Positions 7,831 through 18,502 of a stretch of DNA of 64,000 bases are shown here, piece after piece. The position numbers were made by a program, and so were the translations under genes. This DNA comes from Vulcanimicrobiota bacterium (GTDB lineage Bacteria; Vulcanimicrobiota; Vulcanimicrobiia; Vulcanimicrobiales; Vulcanimicrobiaceae). The DNA lies in contig CAWAXX010000017.1 in the NCBI GenBank assembly GCA_963786105.1, positions 32,001 through 96,000 on the forward strand. The letters run 5' to 3'. Under the pieces are notes generated by a model. It had not been told where the DNA came from. It ran no database searches and saw only the letters and a list, made by a program, of their open reading frames with translations. Within the stretch, counting starts at the first letter, position 1. Every line of letters starts with the position of its first letter.

Positions 7831-9312
7831 TTAGTTCTTGTTCGACGTCATGAACATGCGGCCGTGCGGGTAGTCGAACACGTAGTCAAAGTGCTTGAGG
7901 AAGTCGTAGCCTAGCAACGCGTAGTCGGCGGCCATGCAGCAGGCTTCCCAGCCGCCGATCTGATAGTGGATCGGCCCGAGCGTCAACGTCCGCGGGTTGA
8001 ACGGATAGTGCTTCTTCACGAGATCGTAACTGAAGAGTACGGCACTAGGGTTCCCGGTGTCGAGGACGGCATTGACGGTCATCGAGTCGTCCAACGTCAT
8101 CGGCACCGTCAGCTCGCCATCGGTAAGGTCGACAAAAACCGGAAGCATCTTCAGCGACGATAGATCGGTCGACGGATCGAGTATCGACATCGTGGAGTCG
8201 TAGACGTTCAGCTTAACAATCGCGCCGGCGAAGAAGTCGGAGCCGATCAACCCCGCGTAGCCCTTGGCATCGAGGCCTTTGTAGTTCCAGCGCTCAAAAC
8301 TTTCCGAGTAGACGAGCACGTTCTGCAGATGCGCGTTACCGAAGTCCATGTCGGTAACGCTGCGAACGCGATTCTTCGTTTCGTCGTAGAGCGTGTATGA
8401 CGTAGAATTTCCCTTGAGCGTTTCCACGTGCGCGGCATCGGCGAACTTATCGTCAAGCCGAATAGCATCCGATCCGGTGTCAAGGATAAATGTTCCCTTT
8501 ACGCCGTTGATCGTGGCATCGACCAGAATGCGGTCGTGCGTGAGGTGGATCGGCACAGGCTGGTCCGACGTGAAGATCCACGTGGCCGTCGGTTTGGGCG
8601 GGTGCAGATCCTCATTGGTCACGGCCGCGTTGGGCTCGAACTTCTCGTTGGTGTGCGTCTCGTCGCTGTCATCGATGCGGTAGGAGCCGATCATCTTCTT
8701 CCCCGGCTGAACGTTGGCATACGAGAGAATGTGATACGTCGCTTCGAAAGCGCCGCCGGGATCGACCGTCGCCTGGACGTAGGCGCCAGTTGACGGATCG
8801 ACGTACAGATCGATTGGGTCGCCGTGGAGCATCGTTACACGCACGACGCCGACCGATTTGCCGTCGACGGTCTTGTTGCCGCGGAAAGTGCCGGGCAATC
8901 CGGGGGTGCCTTCTTGCATCAACATCGTGTAGGCGGCGAGTGCTTTGGCGCCTTCGCCGTAGACCGGCGTCGTGAAGCCGCTCGTAAAGCACTGCCAAAA
9001 CACCGTGCCGGTAAAGCCGACGTGTTGTGTGATGTTGTCTTGCTTGAGCATCGTGTGCGTTTCGTGGAACGCAAGACCGGCTTCGTTGAGGGCAACGCTT
9101 TCGAGCTTCTCGCCTTTCTTGTTCGTCACTGTGCCCGAAATGCGGATCGTTTGAAACGTCCCGTCGCCGAGTTGCCAGCCGACGTATGCACGGTGTTTTT
9201 GCAACAGGTCCTGAGCCTGGGTATCGGATTGCACTTCGGCAGCGCGTCCTGCGGACACAAACGTAATCAGAATCGCCCAAATGACGAGAACGGCGATGGT
9301 CATGCGGTTCAT
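7831..9312 (-). CDS. secreted protein with two retropepsin-like aspartyl protease domains
   Basis: FILDTGSD and AVLDTGNP with GLIGSDF and LLGYDFL; signal peptide from M at 9312. Confidence 0.8.
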   Translation of the reverse strand: MNRMTIAVLVIWAILITFVSAGRAAEVQSDTQAQDLLQKHRAYVGWQLGDGTFQTIRISGTVTNKKGEKLESVALNEAGLAFHETHTMLKQDNITQHVGFTGTVFWQCFTSGFTTPVYGEGAKALAAYTMLMQEGTPGLPGTFRGNKTVDGKSVGVVRVTMLHGDPIDLYVDPSTGAYVQATVDPGGAFEATYHILSYANVQPGKKMIGSYRIDDSDETHTNEKFEPNAAVTNEDLHPPKPTATWIFTSDQPVPIHLTHDRILVDATINGVKGTFILDTGSDAIRLDDKFADAAHVETLKGNSTSYTLYDETKNRVRSVTDMDFGNAHLQNVLVYSESFERWNYKGLDAKGYAGLIGSDFFAGAIVKLNVYDSTMSILDPSTDLSSLKMLPVFVDLTDGELTVPMTLDDSMTVNAVLDTGNPSAVLFSYDLVKKHYPFNPRTLTLGPIHYQIGGWEACCMAADYALLGYDFLKHFDYVFDYPHGRMFMTSNKN

Positions 9313-9725
9313 ACTCGAGCCTTCGGCCGGAAGCAGACGAGGTCTTCCTTGCCTAACGATACCGAACGGCTTTGCCATCGCCGAACGCCTGACGAACTTG
9401 CGTCCGAGCTTGCAAGTTCACGAGCGAGGGGAACACGGGTTTCGATTCCATTTCCATTCGTTCAACGTCGCCGTGCCGCCGAGCTTGGAAGCGTAGTGCT
9501 GGTCGGCGCCGTCGGAGTTTTTCTAGGGTCTCGGCGTCGTGAGCGCAGAGCGTTCGAACTTGGAGTTCCGGATGCCGGAGCGAACCAAGGTCGACGTAGT
9601 CGTATTCCACGCTGGCGCAAGGCCGCTCGTCGGCTGCGGACGAAATCGCCCAGCCCCCGAGGTTCAATGGTGGAGATCGGCGTCTCGGGCATTTCGTTAG
9701 CCAAGGAGTCGTTTCGGACGAGGAG

Positions 9726-10901
9726 GTGACCATGCGTGAAGCTCGGGTAGTCGTCGTCGGGGGCGGCCCTTCGGGACTGAGTACGGCCGGAGCGCTAAAG
9801 GCCGTCGGCGTGCAATCGGTGGTGGTCTTAGATGGTGACGATCGCATTGGAGGCTCGTGGTCACGCCGATACGAGCGTTTGCATCTGCATACAGTCAGCC
9901 GGCTCTCCGGCCTTGCTCATTACCCAATCCCGAAGCATTACCCAAAATACGTTTCTAAAGACCAGTATGCGGAATATCTGCAATCGTACGCAAACCACTT
10001 TGAACTGCAGACCGAACTCAATACTGAAGTCGTCAGCGTTCGCCGTGACGTAGTCGTTGGCGGCGAGCCAGCCTACATCGTCGACACCGAGAACGGCGCC
10101 TGGCGCTGCGGCAACGTGGTTATCGCGACCGGAAAATATCGCGAGCCCACCATCCCGGCTTTTCCGGATATGGATCGATATCGAGGGACCAGTCTTCACG
10201 CTGCGCGTTACCTGACTGGTCGGGACTACGCGGGCAAGTGCGTTCTCGTTGCAGGCATCGGGAACACCGGAGCCGAGATTGCCGCGGACCTCGTCGAGCA
10301 GGGCGCGGCCGCGGTCACGATCAGCATTCGATCGATGCCGACCATCGTGCCGCGCGACATTTTCGGCCGGCCGGTCCAACAAACGGGCATCACGTTGTCA
10401 CGGTTGCCGCCGCACGTTGCCGACGGCATCGGAAAGATCGTCGCCCGCTTCACGGTCGGCGATCTGAGTCGCTATGGAATTGGAGCGCCACAATGGTCGC
10501 CCTTTATCGACCAACGCCCGCCCGTGATCGATGTTGGCTTCCTAGATCACCTCCGGGCGAATCGAATTGCAGTGCGGCCTAACATCGCGCGCTTCGTGAG
10601 CGATGGCGTCGTTTATACCGACGGCCGGGAAGAGGGCTTCGATGCGGTCATCTTTGCAACCGGATTCGTCACCGGTCTCGAGAGGCTCCTCAAGATTCCT
10701 GGACTTCTGGATGAATCGGCTAATCCGAGATTCGCATCGGGCGCTCCGACTTCCGAGCCGGGGCTCTACTTCATTGGTTTCTTGCAAAGCAACCGCGGCG
10801 TTCTCTACGAAATGGAGATCCACTCGCGTCGTCTCGCGGCCACCATCGCCGCACCAAAAGCTCGCGAACGCGGGTTCTCCGAGCAAAAACTCTCTGCGTA
10901 G
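9726..10901 (+). CDS. flavin-containing monooxygenase (FMO/YUCCA-like)
   Basis: GGGPSG FAD motif, YRGTSLHAARY FMO fingerprint, GIGNTG NADPH motif, DAVIFATG. Confidence 0.88.
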   Translation: MTMREARVVVVGGGPSGLSTAGALKAVGVQSVVVLDGDDRIGGSWSRRYERLHLHTVSRLSGLAHYPIPKHYPKYVSKDQYAEYLQSYANHFELQTELNTEVVSVRRDVVVGGEPAYIVDTENGAWRCGNVVIATGKYREPTIPAFPDMDRYRGTSLHAARYLTGRDYAGKCVLVAGIGNTGAEIAADLVEQGAAAVTISIRSMPTIVPRDIFGRPVQQTGITLSRLPPHVADGIGKIVARFTVGDLSRYGIGAPQWSPFIDQRPPVIDVGFLDHLRANRIAVRPNIARFVSDGVVYTDGREEGFDAVIFATGFVTGLERLLKIPGLLDESANPRFASGAPTSEPGLYFIGFLQSNRGVLYEMEIHSRRLAATIAAPKARERGFSEQKLSA

Positions 10902-10926
10902 CAAAAAGGCGGCCTAGGGCGTCAGG

Positions 10927-11697
10927 GTGAGAAGGGCGGCATTAGCGAACTCCGCCGATCGAATCGTTGGAGCCCGCGCGGTAATCTACGCCGCCATCAC
11001 GTCTGTTCCCGTTGCGCTCTTGGCCCTCGCCGATTGGCTCTTCGCGCGGCGCCTCGAAGACGCGCGGTTAGCCACCGTGTTCGAGGTGGCGATCGCGCTA
11101 GCGTTCAGCTTTTGGCTGCGGGCTCTGCACAAACGGATTGACCGGTTTGCCGAGCGAGTCTTTTTCGGTTCACGCCACCGCGCGTTCGAGCGCATCCACC
11201 ACGTGGCCCACGCGTTGCCGTTTACGGAGAGCGTTTCGACCATCGAAAGGATGCTGGCGATCGAGGCGGCCCAGTCCCTGCAGTTTTCGTCCGGGGCACT
11301 CTTTCGCGTCGCCGACGGCGTCTATTCGCGAACTGCCTCGACAGGATGGGACGGCGCCGCGGAAAGGCTCGACGCCGACGATTCGCTCGTGCTCTTCGCC
11401 CGTTCCGAGCGGCGCGGTGTGCGATTGAGCGTTACCCCGCCATCGAAGGCATGTGTTCCGAACGGAAATGCGAAGCCGATCTTCGCGTTGCCGGTGATTG
11501 CCGGGCGCAATACGATCGCCGTCGTTCTGTACGGCAGTCATCGCGACGGCGAAGCCATCGACGCTGAAGAAGAGCAACTGCTCAATGCACTCGGACAGGC
11601 GGCGGCCACCGCTTACGAGCATCTCCACGCCGAGGAGCGTGAGCGCGAGAACGTGGCGCTGCGGGAACGGCTGAAGCAGTTGGGCGTAGCGTACTAG
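10927..11697 (+). pseudogene. membrane plus GAF-domain sensor, probably 5'-truncated
   Basis: begins abruptly in a TM region (RAVIYAAIT), HKRIDRF...FF linker, GAF-like C-terminus, no output domain. Confidence 0.5.
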
Positions 11698-11945
11698 AGC
11701 GGCGAAAAAGGCTCGGGTGAGCGCGGCGCGGCATCACCGTAGCGGAATCGATGCAAGGGGCAAAAGAATCGCACGTAAGGGGCGGGTACCGAGCCCTCTA
11801 TCGCGAAAGAACTACAGTCCTCGAACGCATCTTCGGGATGTCTTGCGCTACGGTCGCAGGTCCGCACATAGACTCACTTGCCGGCCCTCACCGAGAAAAA
11901 CCTTAAGCCGCCGATCTTCTATGGGCCGGCAACGGGTATTTTCGA

Positions 11946-12704
11946 ATGCCGGACGCTCCCGCAGCGACTGTCCTCACAGGCAATCTCTTCCTCGACAACC
12001 TGCCAAGCCGCGCCATGGACGCCCTTCGTCACTCGCTCGCGCCGGTGGCGATGGCAAGTGCCGAAATCGTATACGACTACGCCCAACCGATGGGCCGGAT
12101 ACTGTTTCCAACCGGTAGCGTCATTTCCGTTGTCCTGCAAATGTTGGATGGAAATATCGCTGAAGTTGGCATCATCGGCCGCGAGGGTATGACCGGTCTG
12201 GCGATCGCGCTCGGGCAGTCGAGTACCAATCAGCGCAGTATCGTGCAAATCCCAGACGGAGCATTGAGTTTGCCCGCCGAGGAGTTTCGAGCGGTCGTCG
12301 AGAGCGACCCCGAGCTGAAAGCCTTTAGCCTCCGATACGCACAAGCCGTCCTTATGACGACGGTACAGCTAGCCGCTTGCAACTCGCTGCATCCCGTGAA
12401 CGAACGCTGTGCGCGGTGGCTTCTAATGGCGCACGATCGCGTAGGCGAGAACCTTTTGCTGCTGACACAAGAGTTCTTGAGTCAAATGCTTGGCGTACGG
12501 CGCGCAAGCGTCGTGGTTGCGGCGTCGGAACTCCAAGCCGCTGGATTCATTTCCTACACCCGCGGGCAGATCACCATTCTGAGCCGATCCGGCTTGGAAT
12601 CGGTTTCGTGTGAGTGCTACGAAACCATGGAGCGAGAGTGGAAGAAGATTATGGGCTATAGCGTCCGCAAGTCGGACGCGATCCCCGTCAATGGCGGCCA
12701 CTGA
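11946..12704 (+). CDS. Crp/Fnr family transcriptional regulator
   Basis: VGIIGREGM, ERCARWLL, LTQEFLSQMLGVRRASV HTH. Confidence 0.92.
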   Translation: MPDAPAATVLTGNLFLDNLPSRAMDALRHSLAPVAMASAEIVYDYAQPMGRILFPTGSVISVVLQMLDGNIAEVGIIGREGMTGLAIALGQSSTNQRSIVQIPDGALSLPAEEFRAVVESDPELKAFSLRYAQAVLMTTVQLAACNSLHPVNERCARWLLMAHDRVGENLLLLTQEFLSQMLGVRRASVVVAASELQAAGFISYTRGQITILSRSGLESVSCECYETMEREWKKIMGYSVRKSDAIPVNGGH

Positions 12705-12815
12705 TTGATTTACGAGCTGGCATAAGTACGGTACCGCACTTGCGCAATGTCGCGAAAGTCGTATCATTACAGCGCGGGCTTTCAAGCGTTTGGCGCAACG
12801 AGGTATGCCAAAGGT

Positions 12816-13193
12816 ATGAACAAAGAGTTCGCGATCGGCGCAGAATTTGTGGTCCCGCTGACCGACCTCCATCTGGGGTCAACCGAATACGCCGAAGCCG
12901 AGTTTTGCGGGCCGGAAGATAGCGAGAACATCGTCAGGTTCGTCTTAATGGCTCGTGAAGCAGATTGTTACGCCGAAGCCGGCCCGGGCAGATGCATATT
13001 GCGAGGAAAGATCCCGGCGGCCGCGAGTCCCGGCGAGTACAAACTCAGCCGCCTCGTTATCCATCAGCAAGTTGGCCCCGGATGGTCGCAGGAGTGGCCC
13101 CAAGCTCAGTTACCGGATGTGACCTTCGTCGTTACGGCGAATGCGTCGGACTTGCCGACGGGAACGGTACCGACGGAAGGGGCTGGATGGTGA
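12816..13193 (+). CDS. hypothetical protein
   Basis: ORF with plausible ATG after AAAGG; beta-rich composition. Confidence 0.45.
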   Translation: MNKEFAIGAEFVVPLTDLHLGSTEYAEAEFCGPEDSENIVRFVLMAREADCYAEAGPGRCILRGKIPAAASPGEYKLSRLVIHQQVGPGWSQEWPQAQLPDVTFVVTANASDLPTGTVPTEGAGW

Positions 13194-13332
13194 TTGACGG
13201 CAGTGGTGTTGGAACCATCGGAGTCGCCGACGGCGATGGTGCGGGCGTCGGTATCGACTGAGCAGTCGCGAAAACAGAAGCCGCGACGACGATAATCGCC
13301 GCTCCAATCAGGCCGAGAAACCATCGATTCAT
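13132..13332 (-). CDS. small secreted Pro/Thr-rich protein
   Basis: GGAGG SD, signal peptide MNRWFLGLIGAAIIVVAA, PTPAPSPS low complexity. Confidence 0.5.
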   Translation of the reverse strand: MNRWFLGLIGAAIIVVAASVFATAQSIPTPAPSPSATPMVPTPLPSITIQPLPSVPFPSASPTHSP

Positions 13333-13448
13333 TGCGCCCTCCGGTAGGGTGGATGCTGATTCTCTGTTTCTTCCCACGGGAGCGCGGTACGAACCTTTAC
13401 GCGCTCGGCGCGGCAGGTTTGGTTACAAGAAAAACATATAGGAGCCGC

Positions 13449-14423
13449 ATGGATAGGGTCCCATTAGCCGTTGCGCCGATAAGCGTCGAATCGATCGAGG
13501 CCGCCCGGATCCGAATCGCTCGTACGATCGTACGAACGCCGTTGATTCGGCTGGGGACTAGTACCGACGGTCCCGAGATCTACCTCAAGCTAGAGAACTT
13601 GCAGCCGGTGAACTCGTTCAAGCTACGCGGAGCGGCGAATGCCGTGGCGATGCTCTCGCCCGAACGTCGTTCGCTGGGCGTTTGGACCATCAGTGCCGGT
13701 AATGCGGGCCAAGGCGTCGCATACGCGGCTCGTCAAGCGGGCGTGCCGTGCACGGTCGTCACCATCGAAACGGCGCCCGAAACCAAAACCGGGAGGATGC
13801 GCGCGCTCGGCGCGCACTTGGTGAAAGCGTCTTTCGACGCGTGCTGGGAAGCTATGGAGCGGCGCACCTTCCCCGGCGTCACGGGAACGTTCGTTCACCC
13901 GTTCGACGACGACGACTTCATCGCGGGCAACGCGACGATGGGGTTCGAGATCGTCGAGGACCTGCCTGAGGTCGCGACGGTCGTGACGGCCATGGGCGGA
14001 GGCGGGCTCGCGACGGGCGTGGCCTCCGGCGTGCGCGCTCGCAAGCCTGGCGTGCGCGTGCTGGTTGCGGAACCGGAAACGGCCGCGCCGGCCTCGCTTT
14101 CCTTTTCTATGGGCAAAGCATCGGCGTTTGAGGGATGGCAAGCGACGTTCGTCGACGGGGCCGGCGGCAAGAGCGTTTTTCCCCGGATGTGGGAGCGGAT
14201 GCGGCGCTTGGTCGATGGATCGATCGTGGTGACTCTCCAGGAAACCAAAGACGCCATGCGCGTGCTCGCGGAGAAGTCGCGAGTGATCGCCGAAGGCGCC
14301 GGGGCGCTCGCCGTTGCCGCTGCCCTGAGCGGCAAGGCCGGCGACGGTCCGATCGTCGCCGTCGTATCGGGCGGCAACATCGACTTGTCGACGTTTTGCG
14401 AACTGATCGGCGCCGCGACGTGA
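13449..14423 (+). CDS. PLP-dependent threonine/serine dehydratase family enzyme
   Basis: KLENLQPVNSFKLRGA, SAGNAGQG, GGGGL, VVSGGNID. Confidence 0.9.
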   Translation: MDRVPLAVAPISVESIEAARIRIARTIVRTPLIRLGTSTDGPEIYLKLENLQPVNSFKLRGAANAVAMLSPERRSLGVWTISAGNAGQGVAYAARQAGVPCTVVTIETAPETKTGRMRALGAHLVKASFDACWEAMERRTFPGVTGTFVHPFDDDDFIAGNATMGFEIVEDLPEVATVVTAMGGGGLATGVASGVRARKPGVRVLVAEPETAAPASLSFSMGKASAFEGWQATFVDGAGGKSVFPRMWERMRRLVDGSIVVTLQETKDAMRVLAEKSRVIAEGAGALAVAAALSGKAGDGPIVAVVSGGNIDLSTFCELIGAAT

Positions 14424-14429
14424 ACGCAG

Positions 14430-14669
14430 CTACGGCGGAGTGCCGCCCTCAATCCAACGCCGGACCGTCGCAACGTTTTCGGGGGGCCACGCGCCGTCGC
14501 ACGGCATGGACCCGCTGCTGACCGCGCTCAAAATCTCCGGCGCGTGTCGAACCACGTCGTCGTAGCTCCAGAGATCGAAAGCGCCCTTCATCGCGGTACG
14601 GTCCTTCTCGCGAAACAGCGGCTTGACGTCTTCGCTGAAGCTGATTTTTACGTCGCGATCGTCATTCAT
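14430..14669 (-). CDS. small hypothetical protein (cytochrome c-like fold lacking CxxCH)
   Basis: ISFSEDVKPLF...MPCDGAW...RRWIEGG; SD GAGGGAG. Confidence 0.6.
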   Translation of the reverse strand: MNDDRDVKISFSEDVKPLFREKDRTAMKGAFDLWSYDDVVRHAPEILSAVSSGSMPCDGAWPPENVATVRRWIEGGTPP

Positions 14670-14697
14670 GGCTCCCTCGCCTTTCACTCATCGCTAG

Positions 14698-15246
14698 TTA
14701 CTGTTGCTTGATTGCCTCGACATCGATGACGATGTCGACTCCTCGGCTGACGACGATTCCGCCGTCGGGCATGCTATCGTTCCAGCTCACGCCGTAGTCG
14801 TAGCGGTCGATGCGCGTGCGGGCCGTAAAGCCTGCCCGCATCTTTGGCCCTTTGTCGACTCCGTCTTCCCACCATGGCGTTTGCCACGCGCCAAGATACC
14901 GGACGTCGAGAACCTCCGGGCGCGTTACGCCCCTAATGGTGAGATCGCCGGTTACTCGATAGTCGACCGGACCGATTTCGACGACACCCGTACTCTTGAA
15001 GCGAATTTCGGCATATCGTTCGCAGTCCAAGAAATCCGGACTTCGAAGATGGTTGTCGCGCGCCGGCTCGCCCGTCCAGCACGTCGAAGCGCTGATGATC
15101 GCTTCGACGGCGAGTTGCCGGGGCTGAGCCGGATCGAACTCAAGACTCCCGTTGACTTGCTTGAACGATCCGCGGACCCACGTCACCATCATGTGCCGCG
15201 CACGAAATTCGGCGGCGCTGTGCCCGGGCTCAAAGACCCACTTCAT
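14698..15246 (-). CDS. YceI family protein
   Basis: HSAAEFRARHMMVTWVRGSF, RDNHLRSPDF, GDLTIRGVT. Confidence 0.92.
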   Translation of the reverse strand: MKWVFEPGHSAAEFRARHMMVTWVRGSFKQVNGSLEFDPAQPRQLAVEAIISASTCWTGEPARDNHLRSPDFLDCERYAEIRFKSTGVVEIGPVDYRVTGDLTIRGVTRPEVLDVRYLGAWQTPWWEDGVDKGPKMRAGFTARTRIDRYDYGVSWNDSMPDGGIVVSRGVDIVIDVEAIKQQ

Positions 15247-15283
15247 ACCGTCCTCCTCCGTGTGAGATCTAGTATCGCAGCCT

Positions 15284-15667
15284 TTAGCGCATGAGGACGA
15301 ACTTGCCGCCGTCGGTGAACAAGACGACGGTCAGCATCGAGATGAGGGTTATCTCGTACGACCACCCCAGGCCCTCTTTTCCCCAGAAGCCGGTCTTCCA
15401 GACGAAGATTTTTTTCTGAATCGCGCCCAGCATGATAAGGACTAGTCCGATCGCCGCCGGCTGCTGCAGCACGCCGAGAATCACCGCCGCGCCGCCCGCC
15501 AGCTCGGCCGCCGCTAGAAATATCGTGAATCCTTTGGACGTCCCGATACTCTTGCTGCGCCCGTCCGGATCCTTAAGGTCGTTGTATCCGCTGTCGACAA
15601 AAATTGCGCCGACGGCGATTCTCAGAAACAACAAGCCGTAATCCGTGAATCCTTCGAGGTGAAACAT
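15284..15667 (-). CDS. DoxX family membrane protein
   Basis: LLFLRIAVGAIF, AELAGG, GWSYE, DGGKF. Confidence 0.85.
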   Translation of the reverse strand: MFHLEGFTDYGLLFLRIAVGAIFVDSGYNDLKDPDGRSKSIGTSKGFTIFLAAAELAGGAAVILGVLQQPAAIGLVLIMLGAIQKKIFVWKTGFWGKEGLGWSYEITLISMLTVVLFTDGGKFVLMR

Positions 15668-15796
15668 CGCAAGGACGCGTTTCGGCCATCGGCGCCTGCT
15701 CTCCCACGAGCCGTGCCCGATGCCGGCCGGAATAACCCGGGAGAGAGTTTAAAATAACACAAACGCGAGGATTCATAAATCCGGGAGAACCAGCCC

Positions 15797-16279
15797 ATGA
15801 ACGCCTTCGAATTTCTGCTCCCCCATAAAGGCGGCGACTATCGATCGCATCCCGCGGCGCCGGACGTCAACTTGATCCACGCAAGCGGCCTCTCGCCGAC
15901 CGAACGTTTCTGTCAACGGATTGCCGAGAGTACCGGTGCCCCCGCGACTCTGGTTGCCGTCATCGTCTTTCAATTTCTTTGGATTGTCGTCGGTCAAGTT
16001 ACGAGAATGGATCCGTTTCCATACATCTTTATGCTGACCGTTTCGAACGTGATTCAGCTAGTTCTCATCGTCGTGCTGGCCGTAGCCGGAAAACAACAGG
16101 CGGCGCATGCCGAAATTCGCGCCGAAGAAGATCACGCTTCGCTCTCGCGCATGCTGTATCACCAGCAAACGCAGGAAGCGATCCTTCTCGATCTGGCCGC
16201 CCATGCCGGCATCGATACGCATGAATACGAACGTGCGGTCAACGAGTTATCCATGCCGAACGCGCGCGATCGAGCATAG
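15797..16279 (+). CDS. DUF1003-like membrane protein
   Basis: DPFPYIFM...RAEED pattern; two TM segments. Confidence 0.7.
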   Translation: MNAFEFLLPHKGGDYRSHPAAPDVNLIHASGLSPTERFCQRIAESTGAPATLVAVIVFQFLWIVVGQVTRMDPFPYIFMLTVSNVIQLVLIVVLAVAGKQQAAHAEIRAEEDHASLSRMLYHQQTQEAILLDLAAHAGIDTHEYERAVNELSMPNARDRA

Positions 16280-16317
16280 CAGGTGGAATCGTTCTTCTCG
16301 GGAATTGCTGCCAGTCC

Positions 16318-18042
16318 ATGACGTACTCGAGCGTTAGCAAACCCACGAAACTCTATCGCATCGATGAACGTGGCGGATTTGAGATTGCGGCGCGAGGATT
16401 CGACGTGCTGCGAACCCCCCAGATCAACAAGGGCACGGCATTCACGCACGCTGAACGACGGGCACTAGGCCTGACGGGCCTGCTTCCACCAGCCGTTCTA
16501 ACGATCGAGCAACAGGCCGAGCGCGCCTACCAACTCTTCAAGAGCCAACCGAACGATCTCGCCAAGTACGCATTCCTAACCGCGATGCAGGAGCGCAACG
16601 AAACGCTCCTCTTCCATTTGCTCGCCGCTCACGTCGTCGAAATGCTGCCCATCGTCTACACGCCCACCGTGGGTTTGGCGATCCAGCAATACAGTCATCA
16701 GTTCCGCCGGCCGCGCGGCATTTTTCTTTCGATCGACCGCCCCGATGAAATCGAAGAAGCGCTCGCTCAGGGCGGCGCTGGCGCGGACGACGTCGATCTT
16801 CTGGTGGCAACCGACGCCGAAGCGATTCTCGGAATCGGCGATTGGGGCGTTGGCGGAATCGACATCTGCGTTGGTAAGTTATCGGTGTATACTGCCGCCG
16901 CGGGAATCGACCCGCTGCGCGCGATTCCGGTCATGCTCGACGCCGGCACCGACCGTCAATCGCTGCTCGACGATCCCCAGTACCTCGGATATCGTCATCC
17001 GCGTATCCGCGGCGAGCAATACCACGCGTTCGTCGATAAGTACGTCTCGGCCGCCTTGCGCTTGTACCCACATGCCCTGTTGCACTGGGAAGACTTTAAT
17101 GCGGTGAATGCGCGATGGATCCTCGACACCTATCGCTCGTCGACATGTACGTTCAACGACGACATTCAGGGCACGGCCGGGATCGTGCTGGCTGCCGTGA
17201 TGTCGGCAATAAAAGTCGCTGGTGGAAGACTACGTGACCAAAAAGTCGCGATCTTCGGGCCGGGCACCGCCGGTTGCGGTATTGCCGATCTCATCCGCAA
17301 CGCGATGATGAACGAGGGGCTCTCGGACGAAGCCGCCGCCCGCCGATTCTGGTTAGTCGGCCGGAGCGGTCTGCTGACCGGCGATATGGGAGGTCTTCGC
17401 GATTTCCAGAGACCGTACGCGCGGCCGGCAGACGAGGTCGCCGCATTCGATCGCGACGGCGAGCGCGGCATCGGCCTGGAGGAAGTGGTGCGCCGAGTTC
17501 AACCGACGATTCTCATCGGGTCGTCGGCCGTCGCCGGAGCGTTCACCGAGGCGATCGTACGCGAGATGGCAAAGGGCACGCCACGCCCGATCATTCTGCC
17601 GCTTTCGAATCCTACCGCGCTCGCCGAAGCCGTACCGGTGGATCTGATTCGATGGACCGGCGGCAAGGCGCTGATTGCGACCGGAAGTCCTTTCGAACCG
17701 ACGATTTACGACGCCGCGACGTACACGATCGCGCAAGCGAACAATGCCATGCTGTTCCCGGGTCTTGGTTTGGGGACGATCGTTACTCGCGCTCGATTGA
17801 TCAGCGATGGGATGTTTACAGCGGCTGCGTGCACGATTGCCGACATGGTGGATGCATCGCAGCTCGGCGCGTCAATCCTTCCCGCGGTCGCGAACGTTCG
17901 AGAGGTGTCGGTGCACGTCGCCGTCGCCGTGGCCGAACGCGCGATACGCGAGGGTCTCGCGCGAATCAATCCGCCTAACCTCGAAACGGCGGTTCGCAAC
18001 GCCATGTGGGAGCCGAAGTACCGCTCCATCAATGCGGTGTAA
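16318..18042 (+). CDS. maeA: NAD-dependent malic enzyme
   Basis: NKGTAFT, PIVYTPTVG, ILGIGDWG, FNDDIQGT, PLSNPT, QANNAMLFPG. Confidence 0.93.
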   Translation: MTYSSVSKPTKLYRIDERGGFEIAARGFDVLRTPQINKGTAFTHAERRALGLTGLLPPAVLTIEQQAERAYQLFKSQPNDLAKYAFLTAMQERNETLLFHLLAAHVVEMLPIVYTPTVGLAIQQYSHQFRRPRGIFLSIDRPDEIEEALAQGGAGADDVDLLVATDAEAILGIGDWGVGGIDICVGKLSVYTAAAGIDPLRAIPVMLDAGTDRQSLLDDPQYLGYRHPRIRGEQYHAFVDKYVSAALRLYPHALLHWEDFNAVNARWILDTYRSSTCTFNDDIQGTAGIVLAAVMSAIKVAGGRLRDQKVAIFGPGTAGCGIADLIRNAMMNEGLSDEAAARRFWLVGRSGLLTGDMGGLRDFQRPYARPADEVAAFDRDGERGIGLEEVVRRVQPTILIGSSAVAGAFTEAIVREMAKGTPRPIILPLSNPTALAEAVPVDLIRWTGGKALIATGSPFEPTIYDAATYTIAQANNAMLFPGLGLGTIVTRARLISDGMFTAAACTIADMVDASQLGASILPAVANVREVSVHVAVAVAERAIREGLARINPPNLETAVRNAMWEPKYRSINAV

Positions 18043-18055
18043 GCTTCGGCCGTCC

Positions 18056-18418
18056 TCAGTGGGGCATTTCGTCGTCGCTGAGTCCAAAGTAGTGCCCGAG
18101 TTCGTGAATCAAGGTGTCGCGAATTTCCCGCACCGCCTCGTCGCGTGATCGAGTAACGCGAGCGATCGGACCTCGAAAGAGCGCGATCTCGTCAGGTAAT
18201 AACGGCATATTATGCGTCCGATCGGTAAGCGCGACGCCCCGGTAGATACCTAGGAGCTCCGAATCGCCGCCGCCGCCGTCGTCGTCGATGCTCTCGAGAT
18301 CGTCCGCGCTGGGCTCGTCCTCGACGGCAATGACGACGTTCTCGACTAGGTCGGCAAACCGCTTCGGAAGCGACTCCAATGCTTCGCCAACTACCCGTTC
18401 GAATTCGTCCTTCGTCAT
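18056..18418 (-). CDS. minimal zincin metallopeptidase family protein
   Basis: LLGIYRG, LPDEIALFR, LIHELGHYFG. Confidence 0.88.
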   Translation of the reverse strand: MTKDEFERVVGEALESLPKRFADLVENVVIAVEDEPSADDLESIDDDGGGGDSELLGIYRGVALTDRTHNMPLLPDEIALFRGPIARVTRSRDEAVREIRDTLIHELGHYFGLSDDEMPH

Positions 18419-18502
18419 ACTGCTCTCGGGCAGGGGAAAACCCGAAGTCGTGGGCTAACGGGCACGATCATCCTCCGAAATCCACCGCCGTCGTTCTAAG
18501 GC

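Noticed and set aside
8824..9729. Long alternative ORFs (also 6238-6936, 37332-38261, 54442-55731, 56083-57576)
   Set aside because: Antisense shadows of motif-supported genes, expected in GC-rich DNA.
11698..11945. Riboswitch upstream of the Crp gene
   Set aside because: A GGGCAAA resembles part of the c-di-GMP-I motif, but the remaining consensus and pairing are absent.
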